DNA of 64,000 nucleotides, taken from the NCBI GenBank assembly GCA_030141605.1, contig JAQGDQ010000297.1, forward strand, positions 186,001 through 250,000, in the 5' to 3' direction. The notes beneath the pieces were generated by a model. It had not been told where the DNA came from. It worked only from the letters and a program-made list of their open reading frames with translations, and made no database searches. The DNA comes from Tubiluchus corallicola. Taxonomy: Eukaryota; Animalia; Priapulida. The position numbers were made by a program, and so were the translations under genes. The stretch's first letter is position 1; each line of letters starts with the position of its first letter. Positions 40,816-54,043 of the stretch are shown piece by piece.

Positions 40816-42950
40816 GATACAGTTATTTATACTTTTGCGTGGTTGGTGAAGTGTGCAGTACGAATTCTTTGAATAGTTTTCTCCAGCTCTACGCAATGTT
40901 ATCTAAACTTGTTTCAAACGACCTAACGTCAAAATGGCTGGGCTTAACAGTCTCACGGAGTTCAAATTTAGTTTTATATAGGGTTACCACTAATGCAAGC
41001 TCGTACATACACAATAAGATTGTATGTAGGTGACACAAAATTCTATGGCGATTTTTTAGTTTTATCTAAGTAAAGGGTTTTCTTGTGCTTTGAGTTAGAG
41101 TTTGTTATGACTCCTGGGAGAAGGTTCTAAGCTGTAACAGACACCGGCAACACACAGATGTTGAAAAGAAACCACTCTGGATGTGAATGGCGACATGCCT
41201 TCTGCCAACATATGATTATAAAAAATAATCACTGTTACATAGCTGTGTGAAATTTACTGCGTGTAACATTTCAAGTCGCGAATGTAGCGGTTACGGAGTT
41301 TACGGAAGTATGCAGTTATAGTGCTCGTGCCAAATTTTGAATAATTATATTGCGCGAACATGTCAACTTACATTAAGTCAAATTCAATGAGTTGTCCTCT
41401 TGCTTTCACTGATTTATGAGAACATAACCCCAGGTTGTTTAATCTGTGACGTAGATATGTGAATTTTTGGCATGAGTAACGCGGATGTTCGGCATGCCTG
41501 GAAATCATATCAGCTAAACTTAGTTCACATTTCATCAGTCTTTCATTTTGCAGACAACATAAAACCTTTGGGTGTCTTTTGCTCTAGATTTTTGACTGTT
41601 CGGGTTCAGTGCCTGAGTAATTCATGTGGACCCTATCAATTAAGCTTGTTTACAAATATCTTTATTTTTCCTTGATGTCGTGATTCGCCCTGCTCAAGGC
41701 TTTATCAGGAACTATAAAACGAACAAAACATGACATTATTTACTTAAACACACCTACACGAAAATTTCACTAGGTTATGCACTGATTATCAATTAGAAAT
41801 ATTTCAAATTTTACCAAAATTGTACTATATTTTCACAAAGAATTAATATGTGCACAGAATTAATTTAGTAAAACTAAAGGTAGTACTTAGAAGTATTTAG
41901 TACTGGTGGTATCCTAGGGGGTACAAAAGCAACGAGTAATCACAGCAATTTATTACATCCGTGTACTGCTGAAACAATAGCGAATCTATCAAACCTCTGT
42001 ATTTAGTATAAGGGCCTTGGTTGTGCTGTTTCAAGTTGGACATGAAAAATGGAGACAGTTACAAGTTCCTGTCTTAAATTACATGTAGCTAATGGGCAAA
42101 CATATATTAGGTGTTCGGAGTTTGAGATGTATGATGATCACATTTACAGAGCTCATTGTCAACCAGCCCTATTCGGTATTTAAACGACTTGCGACCTCTG
42201 TTAAGCAAAAGGGCAAATGCACTGGTTTCTGTAAGGCGGTTGTATCTGCAAAAAGGCATTTTTAGTGGATAAATATAAACTACACTTATTTTAGTTGGGT
42301 TTCCTGCAGTTAATTGTTTTGTACAGTTCTCTGTACGTTTACAAATTCATCAGGTTCTTTCTGCTTGTATTTTAGATGTTGTTCATCCGTAAATATAACC
42401 GCAACGCAAGGCTCTTTCTTTGAACAATTTCAACATCGGGTTGTATCAGGTTGGCTGAAGGGTAAGATCGAAGCAACGACCCGAAAAACTTTGCGATTAA
42501 TTTTTTCACTTAAACAGAATGGCAATTCACTGCACCTCAACCCACAAAAAACACTCGCGCTGTCCTGAAGGGCAAACTGGTTGCTTAGAGGATTCAAAAA
42601 CATGCTGAGTATTCCGCCTGTATTTAATATTAAAAGTTTTTAGTATTTAGTAGTAGTAGACAGCCTTGAAGCTATGGTTTGCTATTACTGAATAAAATTT
42701 TACTAAATTAATTCTATGCAAATATTCATCTTTTGTGAATATATAGTACAATTTTGGTAAGTTTTTTAATATTTGTAATTGGTAATCAGTGTAATTTTCG
42801 AGTAACTGTATTTGGTGAATAATGTTACGTTTTATTTGTTTTTTAGTCCCTGATGAAGCCTTGCAAGGTGAAACACGTGCAGAACGTTAATGAGGACATT
42901 TGATTAATGAGACTGCACTAGTTGTTGCATTAGTAATCTTGACTACATTT

Positions 42951-43438
<488 letters not shown>

Positions 43439-43658
43439 TGTGAATAAATAAAAAACTTTTTCCGGATTTTTAAATAACTTACAATTCAATACTTAGGCTT
43501 ATAACTTGCCATTTACACGCATAATGGTCGAAACAATTACAACAAAGTCATTAAATATATCGTTATATAACCTTTTGTACAGCACGCTGGCAAATTTCAC
43601 GACGCCTTGTGTCAAACCACATTGAAAAAACACACGTAATAATCATGTATGACAATAG

Positions 43659-46600
43659 TTATTTGACACCATTTTGCCGCTTGTTTACCGTTTGAGGCAT
43701 TTTGTAGTTAAAAATGTTGAAATCTGCCTGGTAGAGTTTAAGTAATTTTTGAAATCTCGCTGCATGTGTTTTTGAGACCAAGCTTTCCGCTAAGTGTCTG
43801 CTCCGTTCATTTTTGTTTGCTCTATCTGCAGGAAATTTCAAATCTATTTCTAATCTTTCGAGGAGAAATTCTACATCTTCATCCATAGTCTCCCTCTTTC
43901 CAATGTACTGGTAATCTACAACACAAGGGTTACACAACTTTTGGTAGCTCTCCCAATGGGGATTCAAATTGCCTCCTTTATCGACTGAAAGAGGGTCTTT
44001 TTTACGTGTTCTGTTATTTACCAAATAGGCAAGGAATTTGTTAATTTTCATTGTTTCACTGTCAGTTGGTGCACCATTGATTGGTGCTAATTGTTCGTAT
44101 GTCTTGTCAATATATTTTCTGTAATCTTTATATTTGCTCCGTGTTTTCTCGTCAATGATGTACTCGTCACCATTACCGCTTTTTGAGCGACTAGGAAAAA
44201 CGGCATTAAATGAAGACATTATGCGTTCCAGTGGATTACGGACGAACATAAACTTTGTATAAGTTCTCAAACGCTTCATTTGATCTTTAAATTCGTATTC
44301 ACCAAGTCTTCTAAGGCCAGCCTCAGACAGGGATTTGGAATTGTGCACGTCAGAGTATGTAAGCTTGTCAATGTGACCAATGCCTTTTGCAGCTAACAAA
44401 ACTCTCAGCCAGTTGCTGGTCATAGAATGAGGCGTATAGCAGTACATTATCTTTAGTTCGTCGTCCACTAAAACATTTCTCAAGAATCGAACTCCAACAT
44501 CGTAATTCCCTTTGTGTTTCAAACATTCTGTCATAGCATGGTGTCGGCGATGTCTGAAGCGTTCTTCGGGATTATTGGATTCCTGTTGGTGTTGTGTTTG
44601 TTTTTTATTTTGATTTGGCTGTTGTTGTTGTTGGTTTTTGTTTTTGCTTGTTTGTTGTTTTTGTTGGTTTTTATTTTTGTCTGATTGCTGTTTTTCCTGC
44701 TGGTTTTTATTTTGGTTTGGTTGTTGGTTTTGTTGATTTTGGTTTTGATTTGACCGTTGTTTTTGCTGTTGATTTTTATTTTGGTTTTGATTTTTGTTCG
44801 ATTGCTGATTGTTTTGATATTGGTTTGGATGCTGCTTTTGCTGGTTTTGGTTTTGACTTGATTGCTGTGGTTGTGTCTTATTTCGTGATGGAGTTGGTTC
44901 AACTGTAGTTGTCGTTTCGTCTTCTGATTCCCAGTTATATTTGTCCTCCTTAAATACGGTAATATTTCCTGGAATAAAATAATATTAAGTGCAATAAGTA
45001 ATCTAATAGCATGATACTTGATGATTATTCGTAATTATTAACGAATTACGAATTATTAACGAAGTATTATTATGTTTAACAGCGTTTTTGATAATTACTA
45101 CAAAGTTAATGATATTAAAGAAATTACAATAATGTCCGCTACGTTTTATTACTCAGCGGACATTACTTATTACTTACTAAACACGTATATTACTCAGCTA
45201 CAAAGCAATATGTCTGTTGTCGTAATAGCCGACATATCTTTCATTTTTAGTATTCTGAGCTGTTTTGATAATCTTAGATAATAATCCGATCATAATTGAA
45301 CAGTTTACTGGGATCAGCCTGTAAGTTGTTGTAGAGCTTACAAAGTTGCCCTTTCAGTAACCGCTGGTGAGTTATTGGGTGAGTCCAATATTTCCAGTGT
45401 ATATGCGTCTTGTTATAAATGAAAAATACAACCATACAACATGGAAAAATGATGCAACATCTTTAAGCTCTTTAGCGCCATTTGCACAATTTAAAATTAC
45501 GTGTTGCGCGCCTGATTTTGGTGCAGGGCCGGAACTAGATGTGGCAAGCGGGGGGGGGGGGCGCGAGTATCCGAAGTGGTTAAATAATGGTTAAGCCAAT
45601 TTTTAACCCCTTTTATACTGCATGCAGGCCTATAATTAGCATGTGTGTAGGACGGAGTAGCGGACAGAGCAATAATGAGAAAATTAACTCTCAGTTAACC
45701 TAACGTTATTAATGTGCCTCTAACTAAATTGTTATTTACAGAAATTTTATCACACACAAGTTTTAAGAAAATAATACACTGAAGCTACCAAACATTTTTT
45801 TACCTAATTCTAATTCATATTGAAAATGATTACATGCGAACTGCAATATTCACTGCAAAAAAAATTATTTGTCCGATTTTGCAGGGGGCGCAAATTTTGA
45901 CAGGGGGGCACCCCCCTCGCTCCCTCCTAGTTCGGCCCCTGTTTTGGTGCATCAGTAACTTTTGCAAGTTGCAGTTGAGTTGCGCAATTGAAAATTGCAT
46001 GGCTGGACATGACCTTACAAGTTAAAAATAACTTTAAATTTAATCAACAGCAGACATCAACGAAGTGCTACCAGGATTATAAAACGTTCAGTGTCATATT
46101 TGTACCAGTTGACGTAAGGATTACAATAACTGAAGTAGATTGTTTTACTAATAAGTTGGCTGTTTGCAGAGCAGTTCGTCATGGTCTTTTAGGCACAGAA
46201 ATGAATATTTATTCTTAAAATTATTCCTTATAACTCGCCTGTGTGTGTTCAGCTTGTTTCCTACATCAACAATAATCATAAAAGAAGTCTGTAAGCTTAA
46301 GTGACTAGATTTTATAGTTAAATTATATTGTAGTAAAATTATATAAGTTATAGCCTAAAGGCTAAAATGCATTGCGCAAAACTTTTATAACATTAAGTTT
46401 GAAATATGGAAAATTAACGAAAATTAATAATTAAATGTGATTTTACGATTGGAAATACAGCCGAAAAGACAGATTTGGAACGTGAACACAGACACTAGCC
46501 ACAAGTAAAATTCAGTCCAGCCCTGTGATAACGGAGTCGTTCGCCAGCTCCGCAACATGGTTCACCATATAGTGTTTGTCGTTGTATAGTGTTTGTTCTA

Positions 46601-48096
46601 CCTTGCTTATTCTTTTCAATTTTTTTATATTTTGTAATTTTATGCTGTACTATAATTCAATATTTTGGTTGTAATGCTGATAAATAAACTTAATGTTATT
46701 TTAACTCTAATTTTTTTTCTTTTTAGTAGTAGTTTTTTTATTATGATTAGTTTTCGTTGCGTGTGCTAATATTGTAGTCTCTAGTATGTAAAATTGACAT
46801 TGTAGTCCAGTCTAATCTGTGCAACCTGCGAAAACGGAGTCATTCGCCAACTCCAACACACAGTATACCAGATTTATTTTGCATTAATTTCTTATTACAC
46901 AAACACACTCATAAATACCTAAGTTGTTGTGAAATTTTTGAGGATTGAACAGAATCTGTATCTAATAACCCTGCTAGTAGGTTTCTCCTTTGCTACACAT
47001 AATTATGTGCTATTAAAGTACATTATAGGCCTATATGTTTTACCACTTACATAGTGATTAGAATATAGGTAATCAGTACAATAAGTTATATGTGATATAG
47101 TCTATAGTTTAATTATGAGTCTCTGTGTCAGTGAGTCAGTCTGTGACTAACTAACTGAACAAAAGTTTCAAGTGTGATACGAATTACTTCTGTGATAATT
47201 GTACTTTTTTGCCGCTTTTACTCCTATAGTTACGTTTTTTTAAAACAACTAAATGACTGTAAATGAAACAAAACGCCGTAATCTATTAGCAACAAAGCGT
47301 TTAAGCTGCTACTCGTAAATAACAGGAGCTGCACATTTCTGTCCGTTATAAAATATAAACTTTGGTGATATGTCCATTAATTCGCTTAAGCCTGTGCAAT
47401 TTCAATCAATAACAATTTAATCTAGAACCAGTTCAAAGTTTCTTCTACAAATTACAAAAAATTGAGAAATTTTCACGAAATCCATGAAACGAAATTGCTT
47501 GAAATCATGTTGAAAATCTTATAAATGTGTGATAAAGGAATACATGATGGTTTTGGTACAACAATAAACTACCGCATATTCTAAGTAACTAATTTGTAAA
47601 ATAATTATCTAGCGAACTGACCTACAGGGTTAGAATTTTCTATTTGCAATTTAGTAGTTTTTGTATTCACAATTATATGTTTTGTATCTTGCCTCGGAAC
47701 CTGTTGTCTAAAACTAAGCAAAGTGTTTCTTATTATGACAGTTATACGTAGCTTGCACTATGGTGAACTAGAAACGTTAACGTGATCTGACTAACTTGTA
47801 CTAACAGACTTCTGTAGTATGGCTGGGGATCTTATAATAAAATGAAAGTACTATGATACAAATTGTGCACAGAAGTGACAAAACGTTGCAAAGTCTTGTG
47901 CAGACTAATTTTCACCGTATTAGGCAAAAATATCCACTTCGAAAACACTAGGCCGACTAGAATAGCAGTTTTTCTACGAAACTAATAAAAACTAGTACAA
48001 ACCTTGTAGACGAGTTTGATGGTAAACTGTCAAAAAAGACCAGCCGCACACAAGCAGTAGAAAATATCGCACGTACACATGATTTGATGAAAACAT
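43659..48096 (-). CDS. Carbohydrate sulfotransferase-like (HNK-1ST/CHST8-14, Sulfotransfer_2 family) type II Golgi membrane protein, 2 coding exons, 467 aa
   Basis: Exon 48003-48096 encodes MFSSNHVYVRYFLLLVCGWSFLTVYHQTRLQ (signal anchor, phase-1 donor). Exon 43659-44968 encodes a Q/N/K-rich stem in frame with the 291-aa ORF, which carries YCYTP..NW, KFMFVRNPLERIMS, NPHW..Y..LCNPC, YIGK.ETM.ED and LY..DF..FNY motifs. Confidence 0.88.
45524..45941. mobile_element. hAT-family MITE in the sulfotransferase intron
   Basis: TIR CAGGGCCGGAACTAG / CTAGTTCGGCCCCTG; perfect 8-bp TSD TTTTGGTG. Confidence 0.9.
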
Positions 48097-51029
48097 TGCC
48101 ACTAGTCTAGTTTTTTACCGGACAACCTGTTTGGTGCAATTGGTGCAATAGCTGTACGCGCAAAATAACAGCATCTAAACCTGTTATTTTAAAAAGTGAC
48201 TCATTTGACGTAGAACTCTTACCACAAAAGCAAATTGAATTGAAATCTGTTAAATGAAAATTGTCAAGGTAAAGCGAAAGTTGTCAATATTTAACATGAA
48301 AGTAGTGACTAGTGTTGACTTTGCAGGTACTCATCTATATGCGGTTTATTATTAACACCGTGTTAACATGTATTGCTGTCAGTTACTAGAATGACTTGCC
48401 ATTCAATTCAGGTAAAACTTTTAAATGTGTCAACGTCATCCACCCGGAAATCGTCTGTCAGTCTCGTTCATCAAACTTGAATTGTCAGCTTCAAAAGATT
48501 TTGTTCATAAAAATGTTCGCTTAGGGTAAACTCGGTTGGTTACTGTAAACGAATGTGGTAACTTTTGACACACAATAATCGCTATTATTCGCACACTGTC
48601 ATAGTTGTACTGTAGTTTAACTGAACGTTGTGAATTTGGACAATGTGTATAAGAAAAACACCAAATAAAATAGACTAGAAACAAAGCACATCAAAATAAT
48701 AGCCCAGAAGGTTTGCAAGATTACCTGTTGAAAGAAGATTAAATTTTTGTGATTTTCCCTAAAGGCAAAACAATAAGATCATTATCAAGTATAATACTCT
48801 CTTGTGTACAGCTTGATACGCTGCCAGATCGGATCCAGTACGCAAGAGTCGATTTTCCTCCTTTAGAAGGTTGTGGCGGGCCGGACCTAGCTTATTATCT
48901 CCAGCTAATACTCAAAGATGAGACACTGAACCAATGAGTTGTCTTACAGATTTAGAGACGCCTTACCTTAAAAAATTGCACAAAATCAAAATAACCAATA
49001 AAAACTTCCCAGAATATTACTCTAACTAAGCCCTGCTATAGCTTTGCCTGTGTTTCAGCTCTGTTAGCTTTCTGACCGCGCCTGGATCGGTTTCAGCTTT
49101 GAGGGTAGACAAAAACACAAAAACGGCCAAATCAGAATTTGTATGTTGTGCTATGCATGATATTAATGATGTGTGTTGTCTTGAAAAAACTTCAGGTCTT
49201 TTGGTTATGTTTTCCCAGAAGTCATATCCTGGTGATCATTTACTGAGTAGAACTAGCATTGCTTCAGTCACTCAACACAGACGGTTAACACCATTTCTCT
49301 TACCCGCGACCTTGTCAATGACTTTGTCCCTACATAGGATCCACGTTGAAATAATAACTACTGAAAATTGTGACACGAGTAATCCCAGGAACCTTAGGTG
49401 GCGGATTTAATTTGCAGCTGCCGTCTTCATTTCTAATTAAGCGAATTTGAAACAATCACCAATGCACAAATACAATGATAGATGTTTGACGAAAAGAATA
49501 TATCGAATATGGCGGGGATGTAGGTTGCCGAGAGTTTTCAAAAGCTCTATAAAAAAGTCTTAAACATGAAACGGATTGCTTCTGTACAAAATGTTTATTG
49601 CACAAAAACAAAAGAGTTGTTAGATAGTTTGGACGCTTTCGATCAAGTACATTTGTTTACGTTTGTCTCCCTCTCATAAGACTCTTTGTGGGTGAAGGTG
49701 GTAAAGTAGCGTCGAAAAATCGAATAGCATCACATATAACCATCAATGCCTGGCGTTTTTCATTCTTCACATTATTTAGACTTTTCCTAGACATTGTTGA
49801 TGTTTGATATCATGTTCATGTTGATTTTGTTACTCGACGGTATTGATGCTTTTTCCTGATGACCATTGTCGCTGATTGATGCTTTTACACGCTTAGATGT
49901 CGTTTGATGTTATTAGCAAAACCTGCGAGGAAATAGCTGAGCTGAGCATGCGCTTAGCTACCTATAAGAGTAACACTAAGCCTGGGCAGCAGACGGCTGG
50001 GTGACTATACACTAATGTCTTCTTTATAATTTAATATATCGTCATTTTAATCCTTAACTGTAATATCAGTTATCGTTATTCAAGATATCACTGTGTTCTA
50101 AATACTTCTTTTAGTTTGCACCTTTATTTAATGATGGCTGCAAAAGCCGAAAGTGTTTACATATCCAACTTTCAATAGAAAAAGCATCAGAGTAATATTA
50201 GCGCACCAGTTATTGGTGCTTACAGCATGCTTATCTGCTAGTACATAGATAATAGTAAATAATTTTGTATTATCAAAAATAACTGTTGTTTAACATGGTT
50301 AGATGTAGTGTGCCTCTTCAGGCAAAGCTTAATTAAAAGGGGAAGAAAGGGTAATTTTACAACACAAAGTTATGTCACTTAGCATTACGATTATTTGTTT
50401 GAAGGACGTATGTAAATGGAAAAGAAAATTCTTTGTACAGTAATTTAAAACGTTCGCGGAGACTAGTAAAAGGTTGCTGGCTCACCAAAAAAGACGTGCT
50501 TTAATCTTACTGACAAGACAAAAGAGTTAGTGATGTCTGCACTGCGAATGCACTGAAAGTTACACTATGTTATTTAAAATCTTTCTCAATGACTTAAGCT
50601 AACCGTTAAAATGGCCGCCCCTAACAGTCAATGCGGAAGTTTAAATTTTAGTACAAGTTTATATACTGTTATTGCTAATACGAGATGAGCGGAGTAAAAC
50701 GGCATGCTTTAACTTTTTATAAGAATTCTGTGTTCTTGTCATTTAATGTTCATATCGCGGCGTAGTATTTACAGGATTTGCAAGTCATGAAGAGATATAT
50801 GCCTGTGTGCAATTTCAGGAAGGATTACACTACCAACGAGGAGGCAACGGCGCAAAACATACAATGGTAAATGATTGCTTGCAAAAGCGTTTATATAAGT
50901 TTTAATCAAATACAAAAAGTGCATTAGGATTTTCTTATACACAGTTTATTACATTACAGAAGATCTTTTCGGATGGGAACGAGAACAGAACATCGTAGAA
51001 CATCAAAATGCGATGTTTATATTTGATTA

Positions 51030-51318
51030 AGACATTGTTCCAATGGGGCACAACAAAAAAGCACATTATGACACGACCCAGTTAGTATGTAACAGTCTAC
51101 GCGGTTGCGATGAGCTACTGCCTAGCTCATACCAAGGATAATAATTGGAGATGACACACCTCACCGATGCTGAGATGCATGTTGTGCAATCTCCCATCGT
51201 ACTGTGAGTTTTTCTAACAGTCACCCATCTATTTATTTACGAGACTCGAATCCACCCGATGGCGTTTAATTTGTAGCTAAGCACGAACAGTCACTCAACC
51301 AACATGGTTATCGTAGCT
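51030..51318 (-). mobile_element. 5S-derived SINE-like element
   Basis: The minus strand begins GCTACGATAACCATGTTG and contains the C-box-like GATGGGTGACTG, followed by a non-5S body. Confidence 0.4.
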
Positions 51319-53568
51319 CAATGAATGGTATTTTTCTTTTGATTCTATAAAATAACTTCAATGTTCGATAAGCTATATATACATATTCGCCAGCATTGTT
51401 TTCATTAATTATACATTGTACATACAACACTTATGTACATTATAAGTCTGGCATGCACGGCTGATGTTTATCAAATTGAAATTAAATTCAAAAGTACGAT
51501 AATAATTAGTTAATTAGTTCATTAAGCAATTAATGCGTGAAGTAATTACGCCATACACACTTTTTGTAACCAACAGAATAATCAACAACAAATGTAGACC
51601 TTTGACTACTTAAAGGAGCAAAAAACCCTTTATTTCCACACACGCAAATGCCATTGGGTGCAAATAATGAACGGACATTTATATATTAAGTTTCTATCAC
51701 GACATTTAAAAATAAATAAACATCCATGACACTGCTTATCATTACAGGAATGACAATAATATGTCTCTGTACAAGTATTTTTAATAGGCCGACTTTGCGT
51801 GGCACTCTGTACAAATACTAAAACTCGCTAAAATTCATTCAAAACAGTCTTTGCCTGCATAAAGTTGGTAACAATTTATTGATTTTTGAGAAGTTAGCAG
51901 GTCAATGTATGCGAAAAAGTGCAACAAATACATGAAGAAATATGCGTCCCAAAAAGACATGTATGCAAATATAGAGAGCTATATTAGCTCAACACAGCAA
52001 ATTCATTCCAAACAGTAGTATACAACAGTTCTGTTCTAACATTTGGCGAGTCTATCACGTATTTTTTTTTTACAAAAGCCGTAGGCCTAAAAAATTTCAA
52101 TTACGCTTGTTTTTACTTGCTCAGTTTCCCGATATTGTGAAAAAATAACAAAAATAATCATTGGTGCCTACTTCTCCAGTGGCTCTTGTGTATGTAAAAA
52201 ATCTTTTTGTAAGATTGTGAGTAAATTACAGGCTCATGCAGTCACATAAAGTTTAATTTGTCAGACATTTTTATCTTCAAGATTTGTAGTATAATTCACG
52301 CTTTTGTACGTACCAATTCTTTTCAATTGTAGCTTGGGGCAATAAGATTGTCACTATTAATACACTATAGTCCAAAAGAAGTTACCAAAATGCCACATTG
52401 AGAGCAATAAAGATAAAATAATGTGCTATATAGTTAAGTACACTAATTCTACGCCTATGCATTACTGTCACAAAAAATACAGTACTATAGGTAACAAGTC
52501 TGTGAATAATCTCTAGTATTGGTAGAAACTTTGTACATGATTAATTTTGCTTGACGAAACACAGTGGCCCAGACTCAAAATTGTATGAGCAACCCTCAAT
52601 TTTTAAATCTAAAATTGATTATTAACTTTAATATGATATACTTCTTTGTTCAATAATTCAAATTTATTTTAAAAAATTGACGGTTCCATAACATAATTTG
52701 TTGCTACAATAAACGTGATGTGTTTTAATAGTGTTTTGATATATTGACTCATTAACTTATGCCTAACTATTAATTAAAATGTAAATAAATGTAAATCGAA
52801 AAGCAGAAAGTTTGCGGTTCTGCTCTATACTTACTGCCAAGTGTCTAAGTTACTGACTGCACATTTCTCAAGGTTTCTTAAGATAAGTCTGTGACATTAA
52901 AGAATCACAAACGTAAGCAGAAATGCATCAGCAAGTAATAATGTTATAAATTATGCCGTCTCTAAATCAGGCCATAGGCCTATCGTATTCTTGAAACGTT
53001 CTTTTAAAAGTGGATAATCGGTTACTAATCCACTTCAATTGAACAAGCATTTTCGTTAATCAGTTTTCATTTTACAGTGCTGTAGTTTCTAACAATAATT
53101 AATGCTCTTACGTAAACTTTATAAATACTTTAAAATCATAGCTGTGTAAACTTCAGTGCCACTGTTGTCGCATTTTCAAACTTACAATTTAACTTTTTGA
53201 GCAATTTTTATTCACAATTTATATACAGAATAGTATTATATACAACAAAAGTACAAACATATTACCTGGTTTAAGCAAAATTTATAATAATATTACAGTA
53301 ATGATCGTGTGGGCATATTACAAAAATTTACTGTGCGTCGGTGATAGCAGCTATATAATTACTTTCACTGCTAACAGATGACGCTCTAGATCCTATGTTC
53401 CGATATGTTCGGTGGGACGGGGGTGTGGGGGAGGGCTGAAGTTTTGGGTAGTAATGGGTAGGGATTACATTATGTTGGCACTCTAAAACTTAAATTGGTT
53501 CGAAATTCTGATGTTTTCCTGTGTGATCTCCTTAAAACATACATGATCTAATAATGTTTATTTTGTTG

Positions 53569-53959
53569 ACATATAAGTTGAAAAACTGCAGGATGTTTTC
53601 CTGCAGGCATTGCCTGCTTCAGCACTCTGCGCTGCCTTTAATGGGAAATGTTAATCGAACTTTTAAAGCGTTAACTCAATTGTTTAAATAAGCTTTAAAT
53701 TCGCGATGCAGGACCATTTAAGATACTTCTCAGCGTTATTATGAGTAGACCTACTTTAAGATTTATTATAATATCTTAGAAAGCACATTTTCATTGCAAA
53801 GTGTCAACTGTTGACATTTTACGATGAAAATGTGCTTTCTAAGATATTATAATAAATCTTAAAGTATAAATATATATATATATTTCCCGTTAAAGGCAGC
53901 GCAGCGTGCTGAAGTAGGCAATGACTGCTACACATCGTGCAGTTTTTCAATTTATATGT
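53569..53959. mobile_element. Foldback MITE (~80-bp arms) containing a nested 115-bp TA-flanked hairpin element
   Basis: Outer arms 53569-53649 / 53882-53959; inner near-perfect palindrome 53752-53866 centred on 53809. Confidence 0.85.
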
Positions 53960-54043
53960 TATCTATATATATATATATATCGGGTTGCAGTAGTAGATTT
54001 TCCTGTCTTTCTCGAAAACAAAGCCACGAGTAGACCACCGCCA

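Noticed and set aside
44531-44908. 123-aa K/T/I/N-rich and 104-aa F/V-rich ORFs
   Set aside because: Alternative frames of the sulfotransferase Q/N-rich stem exon.
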